Source: Prasinococcaceae sp. CCMP 1430
Taxonomy: Eukaryota > Plantae > Prasinodermophyta
Direction of reading: 5' to 3'
DNA length: 36,340 nucleotides
NCBI GenBank assembly: GCA_013416795.1
Contig: RQSC01001371.1
Location: 4,406-40,745 of the forward strand
Of this stretch, positions 1-9,821 are shown in pieces (the first letter of the stretch is position 1; each line of letters begins with the position of its first letter). Under the pieces are notes generated by a model that searched no databases, was not told where the DNA came from, and saw nothing but the letters and a program-made list of their open reading frames with translations. The position numbers were made by a program, and so were the translations under genes.

Positions 1-289
1 CGGCGGCCACACCGCGGGCGGGCTGCGGTGGCCCCGGTGCGTCCGGCGAGGGGAACGGGGGGGGCGCGGCCGCGGGCCCGCGCGCGCGCCAAGGAAGGGT
101 GCACCACCCGCAGAGGCTGCTTGGACTGACAGAATCAGTGCGGGCACGGGGCACCCTGAGCGTGTGGGGCCGCGCGACAGGGAACAAGGGCGGGCGGCGG
201 CGGCCAGTGCGCGCGCGCCGCGGGACCCTTTGGTAGCGCCTTCTTCGAGTTAGCGTCGCTCGAACTCTCAGTCACTCTCGGAGGCCCGG

Positions 290-1714
290 GTGCTCAATTT
301 TCCCGCACACCGTTGCGATCCCGCAATGTCTTCTTCAGGCGAGGCTGTCGCCTCTGACACCGGCGGTGACAGTAGCAACGGCACCGCCAGCGGTGCGGAT
401 GCCCCAGGGTGCACCCCGAGTCCCATCGAAGGTTACGTGTGCGTCCTCGAGCTCGATGGCAGCGGCGTGCAAATGCACTGGAACATTGCTGATGTCGAGG
501 TCGATGGGGAGACCTCACTGGCAGACAGTGCAGCGGAGGGAGTCGCTAAGAACGCGTCGTTCCTCGCCGTCGCGCCTGCTGAGTCATCTGGCGGGTGGGT
601 AGCGCTTGGATTCGGCACGTCGATGATTGGCGCACGCGTGGCCATCGCATTTCACGACGGCGCATCAATCGGGCCATCGGGAGGCTTCTTCTTATGTTCC
701 GAGTACTCGCCCGATGGCGTACAACTCATGGACGACGCAGATGCTGCGGCGGACGGCTTCCAGCTGGGCACGCTCGTTGCGAGTGTGCAGTCGTTCCCTG
801 TGCTGGTGGCCGACGGCAACGGCACGTCAGCCGCGGCGACAGAGACCGAGCCCGCGCTAAGCGTGGCCTTCTCTCGCGTGTTGAGTGCGGCGGAGGAGGA
901 GCTGGCCACGATGGTGTATGCCACGACGTCGAGCTGGAAAAACTACCATGGCACCGCGCGCGGCACCTTCGAGACGAACCTTCAGAGCGGCGAATCCACA
1001 ACACTTGACGTGCAGTCGCCCCTGCGCAACTATTGGATCGCGCATGGTGCGCTCATGCTCGTCGCGTGGCTCTTCGTCGCCCCGGCCAGCGCAAGTGCAG
1101 TGCGCTTGCTGCGCCCCGTAGCTGAGCGCGGCCAGTGGTTCACCTGGGTCCATCGGCCTGGGACTCTCCTCACCCTGTTCCTCACGCTCGCGGGTTTCGT
1201 GATTGCGGCTGTCAAGTTCGACGCCGGAGGCATTAACAGCGCTGCATTCAGCCACGGCGCCATCGGCGTCGCTGTTTTCGCGATGGTGTGCACGCAGGTG
1301 CTGATGGGTCTCGGCCGGCCGCGGGAGAAGGAGAGCACCACGCGGCGGTGCTGGTACGGTGCCCACGCTGTCCTCGGCGTGTCCACCCTCGGCCTTGCAC
1401 TGTCCAACGTAGTGATTGGCGTGAACGTCATATGTGACCTCGACGGCGGGTCTTGCGACAGCTGGATCGTCGCAGCGAGCGTGGTCGGTTTTTGCGGCAT
1501 TTTCGGCATGGCGGTCGTGTGGTGGCTCATCGCGCGCTCGGTGGTGGCAAGGCGCGCAGCAACCAAGGGCGACAATATCGACGAGGAGAAAGGCGACAGC
1601 GAGACCAACGGCAAGCAAAGCGCTCCAAACGATGCGGGTCAGAAGGGCGGCCTCGATGATCCAAGCGAGTCGAGCAAAGACGTTGTTCCCAACGGCTCGG
1701 ACGTTGGCAAGTAG
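290..1714 (+). CDS. DOMON + cytochrome b561 domain membrane protein (CYBDOM-type), 5' end uncertain
   Basis: DOMON-like 'GWVALGFGTSMIGARVAIA...YHGTARG' is followed by multiple TM helices with four b561-type His (IAHGALM, WVHRPG, SHGAIG, GAHAVLG). The first ATG is at 326, but the acceptor-like tcttcttcag| at ~338 suggests upstream exon(s). Confidence 0.8.
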   Translation: MLNFPAHRCDPAMSSSGEAVASDTGGDSSNGTASGADAPGCTPSPIEGYVCVLELDGSGVQMHWNIADVEVDGETSLADSAAEGVAKNASFLAVAPAESSGGWVALGFGTSMIGARVAIAFHDGASIGPSGGFFLCSEYSPDGVQLMDDADAAADGFQLGTLVASVQSFPVLVADGNGTSAAATETEPALSVAFSRVLSAAEEELATMVYATTSSWKNYHGTARGTFETNLQSGESTTLDVQSPLRNYWIAHGALMLVAWLFVAPASASAVRLLRPVAERGQWFTWVHRPGTLLTLFLTLAGFVIAAVKFDAGGINSAAFSHGAIGVAVFAMVCTQVLMGLGRPREKESTTRRCWYGAHAVLGVSTLGLALSNVVIGVNVICDLDGGSCDSWIVAASVVGFCGIFGMAVVWWLIARSVVARRAATKGDNIDEEKGDSETNGKQSAPNDAGQKGGLDDPSESSKDVVPNGSDVGK

Positions 1715-1972
1715 TAGGAGCGATGGCGAACACTACAGACTTATTTATTTGTCGCGTACCGCGACGCGCGCAGGCAGACAAAGGCGCGCTCATTCTTCAG
1801 AGCACGAGAGGCGCACAGAGCGGCGTGTGCACAGGCTAGGTGCTCGAGGGGTACCTGCTCAAGGCAAGGTTTATAAATGCATATACCTTGCCCACGGGAA
1901 CTTAAGAGGCGCGTGCGTGCGGGCGTGCGCCACGGAGACGCTTGGCGCGCGGCTCCGGCGGCTCGGCGCGTT

Positions 1973-3271
1973 CTACTTGCGACCCCCAGCAAGCACCTTC
2001 TCGTAGGCCTTCTGCCCCTGGCGCACGCTGAGATCCAGCAGGATCTCCTCGCTCCCACCGGGAATGGCGTACGCGCGCACCTCGCGGTACAGGCGCTCGA
2101 CCTTCTCGCCCTGCCCGCCGCGGATGTAGCTGTTGCCGCCCATGATCTGCGCGGCCTCGCGCGCGCAGTACTCGAAGACCTTGGTGCTTTGCACCTTGAT
2201 CAGCGCCGTTGTGCCGCCCAGCTTCGCGTTGGCCTCCGCATGGGACATTTTGTCCATCTGGTATGTGATATGCTCGAGCATGGCGTGCGTGGACTCCACC
2301 TGGCGCGCCATCTCAGCGAGCTTCCAGCGAATGACCGGATGATCGATGAGGCGCTTGCCGAATGTCTTGCGCCGGTTGGCGTAGCGGAAGGCTTCCTCCA
2401 AGCACACGCGCGAGAATCGCGTCGCCTGGGCGATGAAGCCCCACCGTTCATGGTTGAAGTTATACATGACGTATTTGAAGCCCGCGTTTTCGTCGCCGAT
2501 GAGGTTCTCCTTCGGCACCTTGACGTTATCGAATGTCACGAACGCGGTGCCGCTTGCCCACACGCCGCTGCACTGCATTTGCTTGCACTCGATGCCGGGC
2601 ATGTTCTTCTCGAGTAGCATGAATGAAATACCCGCGCGTCCCGGGCCGCCCGTCCGTACCGCAACAGTGAAGTAGTCGGCGAACATGCCGTTGGTGATCC
2701 ACTTCTTGGTGCCGTTGACGATGTAGTGCGAGCCGTCGGCGGAAGCGCGCGCGGTGCAGCGCAGCGCGGCTACGTCACTGCCGGCGGTTGGCTCGCTGAT
2801 GCACAAGCAGATGACCGCCTCACCGCGCAGGCAGCGCGTGGCCACGCGTTGTTTGAGCGCCTCGCTGCCAAAATGCAGCACAGGCGGGAGCCCGATCTGC
2901 AGGCCCTCCAAAAGCCCCCACAGCACGCCGCCGGAGCCGCAGCGCGCGAATTCGTCGATTAGGATGAGCTCGTGGAAGTGGTCAAAGTTGCCGCCGGCGA
3001 CAGGCGCGGGGCCCGCATACCGCTCCGGCCACGGGGCGCCGACCACGCCTGGCAGCAGCCCCGCCTGGTAGCATTTCCTGAAGAGCTCGAGCGGCACCTT
3101 CTTCTGCTCGTCCCACTCGGTGCAGTGGGGCGTCACATGCTTATCAACGAACGCGCGGCATCGTGCGCGCCAGTCGACGTGCGACTGCGTGTAGTAAGGG
3201 CTCGTCTGGCCCTGGTACCAGCTTGGGTCGCCGAACGGCACGCCCTCGCCAAACTCGGCCAGCGCATTCGA
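1973..3271 (-). CDS. Acyl-CoA dehydrogenase (main exon; 5' exon unresolved near the N at 3554)
   Basis: ACAD motifs 'LCISEPTAGSDVA', 'VNGTKKWITNG', 'RKTFGK', 'IPGGSEEI'. An acceptor ctgcag| with an upstream ctgac branch point defines the exon start at 3271 in phase 0. Confidence 0.92.
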   Translation of the reverse strand, partial: SNALAEFGEGVPFGDPSWYQGQTSPYYTQSHVDWRARCRAFVDKHVTPHCTEWDEQKKVPLELFRKCYQAGLLPGVVGAPWPERYAGPAPVAGGNFDHFHELILIDEFARCGSGGVLWGLLEGLQIGLPPVLHFGSEALKQRVATRCLRGEAVICLCISEPTAGSDVAALRCTARASADGSHYIVNGTKKWITNGMFADYFTVAVRTGGPGRAGISFMLLEKNMPGIECKQMQCSGVWASGTAFVTFDNVKVPKENLIGDENAGFKYVMYNFNHERWGFIAQATRFSRVCLEEAFRYANRRKTFGKRLIDHPVIRWKLAEMARQVESTHAMLEHITYQMDKMSHAEANAKLGGTTALIKVQSTKVFEYCAREAAQIMGGNSYIRGGQGEKVERLYREVRAYAIPGGSEEILLDLSVRQGQKAYEKVLAGGRK

Positions 3272-3883
3272 CTGCAGCAGCGCGCGAGAGAGAGTGCGCA
3301 TGTCAGCGGGCGCGTCAACGGGTGGCATGGAGCGCATGCGCGCGCGCCCCCCCCGGATCCAACAGCCTCGCTGGAGCGACCTGGCACACCCTCCCCTGCG
3401 TGATCCTCGCCCCTTCCCCCCGCCCCCCCCGCCCGGCCCTCCGCCTCCTCCCCTGCCGTGGCCCGACCGCGGCGCGCGCAAAAATCCCGGCGCCGCCGGC
3501 GCCGCGCGGCCGCACCATCGCCGCCCGCCCCCTGCGCGAGAACCTCCCACGAGNCAGCGACAAGCAGACTGACCAATCTACGCCCACTCGCCGCACCCAC
3601 GCAGCCGATGGAACTCGCTTGCTCAGCACATCACCCAGGTGCTGCCCGACGCGGCCAAGTCTGTCGTCGTACAGGTGAGCCAGGCGAGAGTGGCCGCCGT
3701 CGCCGAAAGCTTCGACGGACCGGCGGCATTCGCATCGATCGTCAAAGCGAGCGCAGCCAGCGCGGACGCCTCGGCGGTGGACCTGGGCGCTGCTCTCCGC
3801 GCCGCCCTCGACAACACACCGCCCGCGCCCGTCTGCTCCGACTCTCATCCTCGGGCCGCCCGCTGACCTCGGCGGCCGCTGCG

Positions 3884-5319
3884 ATGGAGGGCGCGCTGGA
3901 CGCGCCGGGCAGCTCCGCGCTGCGCGACTGGGCGACGACGTGGCCGCTCTTCGCGAAGACGCTCGTTGCGGGAGGCGCGGCGGGCGCCGTCGCGAAAACG
4001 AGGTGCGCGGGCGGGCGGGCGCGGTGAGGACACCCCTCCATCCCTCCCCACAACCCCACATCGCCTCCCCTCCCTCGCCGCGCTCTGTCGCACTGGCTGC
4101 TCGCGCGCAGGTCGCTGACGACGTGGATCCCCATCTACGCAACCCCTGCGCACGTGTGTTCCCCGCTCGCCCGCAGCACTGCGCCGCTCGAGCGCGCCAA
4201 GATCATGATGCAGACAGGGCAATCACACGGCGTGGGCGGGTCGCTGCGCCGAATGTGGTGTGAGGAGGGCGTGCGTGGCCTCTTCCGCGGCAACAGCGCC
4301 GCCGTCGTGCGCGTCACGCCGTACGCTGCGCTACACCTCATGGCGTACGAGCACTACCGCCGCGCGATGGTGAGCCACGTGGGCTTTGAGCGCGGGCCGA
4401 CGACGGACATGCTCGCGGGCGCCGCGTCGGGTGCCACGGCCGTGGCGTTCACGTACCCACTCGACCTCGTGCGCACGAGAATCGCGTGGGAGGCTTCGGC
4501 CGCCGCGGCCGCGGCTGGTGGCGGCGCCGCCGGCGCAGGCGAGGCGCTGGAGGCAGCCAGCGATGCCGAGGGTGGGGCGGCCGCCGGGGGGGCGGCGTAA
4601 GACAGGCAAGCGCGGCCGGGGGCGGGAGCGGCGGAGGCACGGCTGCCGTGGCGTCGCCCCGTCGCAGCAGGCACCACCGTGGCGTGCTCCGCACGCTGTG
4701 GACAGTCGGCGCGGAGGGCGGGCTCGTAGGGCTGTACCGAGGGGTCACGCCCACGGTGGCGGGCATCCTACCCTACGCGGGCATGAAATTCTTTGTCTTC
4801 GAGACGGCCGTGCAGGAGTGGCGCGCCGCAACAAACGAGCACACAGCGTCGGTGCCCACGCACGTGCGTCTGCTGGCGGGCGCCTCCGCCGGGCTGGTCG
4901 CTCAGACGATCACCTACCCGCTCGACGTGGTGCGGCGCAACATGCAGGTGGAGAGCGCGTCGGGGCTTGCGCACCTCAACATGGCGCAGTGGGCGAAGCG
5001 CATCATAGCAGAGGATGGAGTGAAGGGGCTTTACCGCGGGCTCTCGGTGAACTACATCAAGGTCATCCCCACGACGGCGGTGGGATTCACCGTCTACGAG
5101 GAGCTCAAGGTGCGCGCCCGCTCGCCGAGCGATCGGCCATGCCGCGCAAGTCTGAGGGCCGTGGCTGCCCCCATCGCGCCCGCGAGACCCGCACTGACTC
5201 GCGCGAGGCCGCTCTCTCTCCTCCTCCCTCTCTATCTCGCGCACGTGCCCGCCCTCGCCCGTGCCGCTCCGCGCGCTCAGGCATGGATGAGGGTGAAGCC
5301 GCCGCAGGCACGGGTGTAA
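3884..5319 (+). CDS. Mitochondrial carrier family protein (SLC25A16/A42, CoA-carrier-like); exons 3884-4002, 4177-4596, 4668-5109, 5281-5319
   Basis: Three carrier signature repeats (APLERAK, YPLDLVR, YPLDVVR), plus 'GLFRGNSAAVVRVTPY' and 'GLYRGLSVNYIKVIP'. GT-AG introns join all segments in frame. Confidence 0.88.
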
Positions 5320-5701
5320 TATGGTTGTTTGGCATTCAAAGCACGGGGCGCACACGGCCCTCTCGCCGGTGCGAGTCACACCGGTGCCGGGTGCCGCGGC
5401 GCTCGTTTATGAGGTTCAGGCGGTCCCAGCGACGGCGCCTGTCGGGCGTGCATGCGTGCGGGGGCGGGCGCGAGCGCCCCTGGGGCACGAGCAGGAGCCG
5501 TTCTGCGCGTGCTGTCGCTGCCCACAGCGAGATTTGAAGGACCGAAATTTTGCGAAGCGGCTGTTGGAGCGCAGCCTGCAGGGGTTGCCACAGCCCGCGC
5601 GCTGCCCTCCCCTCTCTCGTTGCCCTTTTGCGCGGGGAGGTCACGGCCCCTCCCCTGCCTCCGCCGCGCTGCCGCCGCGGCGGCAGTAGCGGCCGCTCGC
5701 G

Positions 5702-6950
5702 ATGGAGCGCGCGCTGGGTTCGCTGCGCGGCACGACGCTGCTCTCTCGCGCGCTCGCGGGTTGGCTTGTGCTCGTGTTTGTGGTCGCAGCTGCCGCACCG
5801 CAGCGTACTGTCGGCGCGCTCGCGCTCACGCCGGGGAGGTGCGCGCGCCGGCCCTGCCGCTGCGCGTTGCTGCTCGTCTGCGTGGAAGTATGCGACGGCG
5901 CACCCTGCTCGGTCTTCCTTCCAGAGCTGCCGCGCCGCGCTAACGTCGTCAACCTCCCCGCATATGCACCACACCCGCCAACAGTGCGCTGCCGTACTTC
6001 TACACGCTCATGACCGCAGGCGTATTGGAGGACAGTTTATTGGGGGTGAGTTGAGCGGCCGCGGCGATGCGCAAGACTGCGCGCATCTACGCGTGCGAAC
6101 AGCCTACGCGTGTGCGCCAACACTGCTGCTTTTCGCCTGCCCCGGCGCGTGCGAGTCGCGCATGCCCTCCGAGCAAGCTCTCGCGCCCGTGTCACGCACC
6201 GGTGTGCGCTGTGCGCTGACACACTCTTCGCAGCTGGTAGCCGGTGTGGCTGTGCTTCTCTCCGCCAGCCGCGTGCTCGAGCCAGCGTTCGGCACAGTAG
6301 GTTACCTTCGCTTCCTCTCCGCGATCAACCTCGGCAACGGCGTGGTCCTCTTTCTCGCACACACGGCGGCATACGCAGCGACTGCCAACCCCGAACATCT
6401 CTACGTGCAGCTGCGCGGCTTCAGCGGCACGGTCGCGGCACTGCTCGTTGCACTCAAGGCAGTCGTGCCGCGTTTGCCGTTGCCAAACGAGGCGCGCCCG
6501 CTGGTGACCGTGGCGGCGCTTCCAGCGCTGACGGTGGCCATGGCGGTGACGCTGGCGGCCATGGGCATCATGCCGCGCCACCGCGCGCTTGGCTGGGTGG
6601 CGGGCGCGGCCAACGCTTGGCTCTGGCTGCGCTTCGTGCAGCCTCAGCTGAGCTCGACGCCGCTCGGCGACGAGGACCAGCTGACGCTCGCGAGCTTCCT
6701 CCAGCCGCCGGCCGCGAGCGCCGGCTCCACCGGTGCGCCGGGCGCCGGTGGCACGGCAGCTCCGCAGCTGAGCCGCACCGCCATTGACGCCTCGCGCAAG
6801 CGCGAGCGCGGCCTGCGTGCCTTAGAGGAGAGGCTCGCCGCCGCCGAGGCCATGGAGGCCGACGCGGCGCAGGCCGGGAGCAGCAGCGTGGGCACGGGTG
6901 TGGGAGCGGGTGCCCCCCCTGACGGCGAAGCGACGGCGAGCGCAGTCTGA
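5702..6950 (+). CDS. TMEM115: TMEM115/DUF1751 rhomboid-like membrane protein; exons 5702-5838, 5985-6045, 6234-6950
   Basis: 'LPYFYTLMTAG', 'LEPAFGTVGYLRFLSAIN', 'GFSGTVAALLVALK', 'WLWLRFVQ' and 'RKRERGLRALEERL' match my recollection of the family pattern. Splice phases are consistent and branch points are present. Confidence 0.72.
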
Positions 6951-7105
6951 GCGTCGCGCCTCCGTGCAGGCGTGCGAAAGGGGCTCTGTGCACGCGCGCG
7001 CGACCAAACGACCCACGCCCACGCACGTGCGCGCCCGTGACGCGCCCGTGAGTATACAATGTGTACCACATATTACATCGTCGCGTGTACCGACCGCGCG
7101 CCAGC

Positions 7106-7959
7106 TCAGAAACGCGCGCCGCTCTGGGCCGCCCTCGCCGCCACCAGCATCGCGTGTGCCGCCGCGAGGGCGCCGATGCACACCTGCAGCGGCAGCGCGG
7201 CCACGCAGCCGCCGTCCGCGAGGCTCAGACACGCCGCGGCCGCGCACGCAGCGTGGTAGACTGGCGGCGCGTAGAGCTGAGTCGGCTTGTGCGACCGGCG
7301 GCCTGCAATCGCAACAACCATACTGCCGCCGTGCAACAGCGTCCAGGCGAGGCACTGCCATGCAGCCGCCATGAAGAGGCTCACACGCGCACATTTAGGC
7401 GTGTACACCGTACCTGGCCCCGCCGAGTACGGCAGGAGGCCGACGAAGTACGCAGCGGCAGCGGCGAGCGCGTGGCCGAGCCCGGCGGCGGCACCTAGCA
7501 GCAGGCGGTCGGCGGGGCTGAGCATGCGCAGTCCCCGCTCGGCCGCATAATGGTCGAGGCGGTCGGCTGCCGACTCGAGGTAGCGCAGGAAAAACACGCG
7601 AACAACCTGACTCAGGAGGTCGGGAAGCACGAGTCAGCGGATGCAATCTCGCGCCCGGACGAGCTGCGAGGTGTCCCCCGAGTTGGACGTGAGCAGCCTT
7701 CGAACGAGCAGCGCGCACGCACCTCCTGCACGGCGACCGCCCATACTAGAAAGCCCGCCAGGCGCGATGCGCCCACCTCGGCGGGCGCGAGCGTAGATGC
7801 GGTGACGGGCGCGGCGGCGGCAAAGAGAGACGCGAGCCATACGACGGCAGACCCCAGCGTGGCAATCAGTGTGACGGGGCGCGCGCCCAACGCGAGCAGC
7901 GCTACGAGCGACGGCCCGAGGCCGACGGCCGCATAGCCGAGCGACGCCCCCGCCGGCAT
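7106..7959 (-). CDS. APH1: Gamma-secretase subunit APH-1; exons 7959-7723, 7606-7106
   Basis: N-terminal 'LGYAAVGLGP...SAVVWLASL', 'AVQE|VVR' (QExxR), 'GLGHALA' and 'LLHGGSM'. Multi-TM. The intron has a gtgcgt donor and a gctgac branch point. Confidence 0.82.
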
Positions 7960-8314
7960 CGCACTTTGCCCCCCCCGCCTCCCCCAGCCAGCCCGGCCGC
8001 CGTCGCCTGCGCGACCCAGCCAGCCAGGCGGGTCGGGTCGGGGCGAGGTGAGGTGCGCGCCGCCGGGGCGGGGGCCGTCGGGCGCGCGCGCCGTGGCACG
8101 GACGCGACGACAACACCCGCCTCCCTCAGCGTTCCCCTCCCCCCCCACTCACCCCATTTCCACCCCCCTGCGCACGCATGGCGCGGAACACTCCCAACGC
8201 CGCCCCGAACGCGCCGAGGCGACTCTTCGGTTCGAAACCAATTCGCGTCGTCCGTTCCGCGTTTCTTCCGGCGCGGCGGCGCGCGGCGACCGCGCGCGCG
8301 GGGCCGGATCAGGT

Positions 8315-9778
8315 TTTTTTTTTTTTTTCGCCGCGGGGGCCACCAAAAACGGGTCCCCGTTTGAACGCGCGCCGTTTCGTCGCACGTTTCGTCCGCTGGC
8401 GCGCCGGCCCGGAAAAACGCTCCCCCCGACCGAACCGGTCCTCGATTGATTGAATCCTGCATGGTCCGGCCTGCGCCGGCGGGGGCCGGATCGTTTTTTT
8501 TTTTTTCCGTGCCGCGCGGGCCGAAACGCGTCCTTGATTTTGAATGCGCGCACGGCACGCGCGGGAGGGGTCCGTTTTCCTTCGGCGCCCGCGGGCGCCA
8601 GTCGGGTACGACGGAACTGAAATGGAACCGGTTCGTGAAATCCCGCATGAGCGAAGAAGGCCACGCCGGCGCGCGACGGAAAAATCGTGCGCGCGCGCAA
8701 TCCAGCCGCCCGAGGGGGCGGCGCGCGGATCTCAACCGCCGCTCGCGATAGTTGCGACTCGCGGGCGCGGGTAACCGCCGCGCGCGCGGCGCCAGCAAGA
8801 TGCGTTTTGACCTCGGGCGGTTCCCCGGGCGACGGCGGCGAGGGGCGCGCGGCGACAATATCCCACTACGACCTCGTAGTGTCGGGAGGCAGAGGGGCGC
8901 GCGCGAGCCTGGTCAGCGGGGCGCGCCATACAGGCGCAGCCGCGCGCGGCCCGGTCGGCGCGCCTCGCGGGCGGCGCCGGTCGAGCAGCCATGGGTGAGC
9001 CCTACCTCAAGAGGCAGCTCACCAACGTCGCGAACGTGCCCATCGCCGACTTCCCGCCGTCGGTGCGCGGGCTCCTCTCCAAGTTCGACAAGGTGCGGAC
9101 CGCGGCGCGCGGCATGCTGTGCATTAGGGTTACCGCGCCGCGCCGCGCCCGCGCCCGCGCCCGCGCTGACGCGCGCTGACGCCTCGCCCCGTCGGGCTCT
9201 CCGTCGTGGCGGCGCCTCGGCAGGATGGTGACGGCACCGTCGACGCCGCCGAGCTGCAGGAGGCGGCGAAGATGTTCGAGGCCGCCCAGGCCGCCCCTGA
9301 CGGCTCGATCCCGATCCAGCAGCTCCCGACCGAGCTGCGGCCCGCGATGAAGACGTTCGACTTGGACGGCGACGGCACGATCGACCCGATGGAGCTCGCG
9401 CGCGGCGCGGAGCTCTACGCCCAGTCCAAGGATACGGTGAAGAAGCTCACGCGGCTTGCGCTGGCGCTGCTGCTGCTCATGGGCATCATGCTCGCCGCCA
9501 TCACCGGCCTTACGTTCACCGTCGTCGAGCTCTCCAAGGAGACTACGACCTCGAGCGACGGCGTCCAGACGGTCAAGGGGTCGGCTGAGAGTGTCAAGAC
9601 CGCGTCGGCCGACACGCTGTCCGTGGGAGGTGTGACGGTTGACCGCACCACCGGCAAGCCGGCGTCCGTGGCGCCCGTCCTGACGCCCACGCCGCTCACG
9701 TCGCTGCTGCCGACCGCGTCGTTCCACGAGATGCGCTACTTCAAGGTGTCCAGCCCGCTGGGCGCCGAGCTCCAGCTG
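8315..9778. repeat. 1.46 kb near-identical duplication, copy 1 (upstream region plus 5' part of the EF-hand gene)
   Basis: Aligns to 14255-15718 at a constant offset of 5940. The only differences I found are 8 substitutions within 9286-9367. Confidence 0.95.
8991..9778 (+). pseudogene. Truncated EF-hand/TM family copy C; exons 8991-9092, 9224-9778
   Basis: Same start (MGEPYLKRQL), intron and EF-hands as copy B. It breaks off after ...GAELQL and runs directly into the 5' leader of copy A. Confidence 0.75.
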
Positions 9779-9821
9779 AGCCCGGTCGGCGCGCCTCGCG
9801 GGCGGCGCCGGTCGAGCAGCC

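Noticed and set aside
4590-4670. Carrier gene as a frameshifted pseudogene
   Set aside because: A GT-AG intron (or a 1-nt homopolymer error) restores a complete three-repeat carrier.
8149-8900. ORFs in the duplicated upstream block (e.g. 8149-8700, 8446-8751)
   Set aside because: They translate poly-T/poly-A and GC-rich non-coding sequence, with no codon bias or domain.
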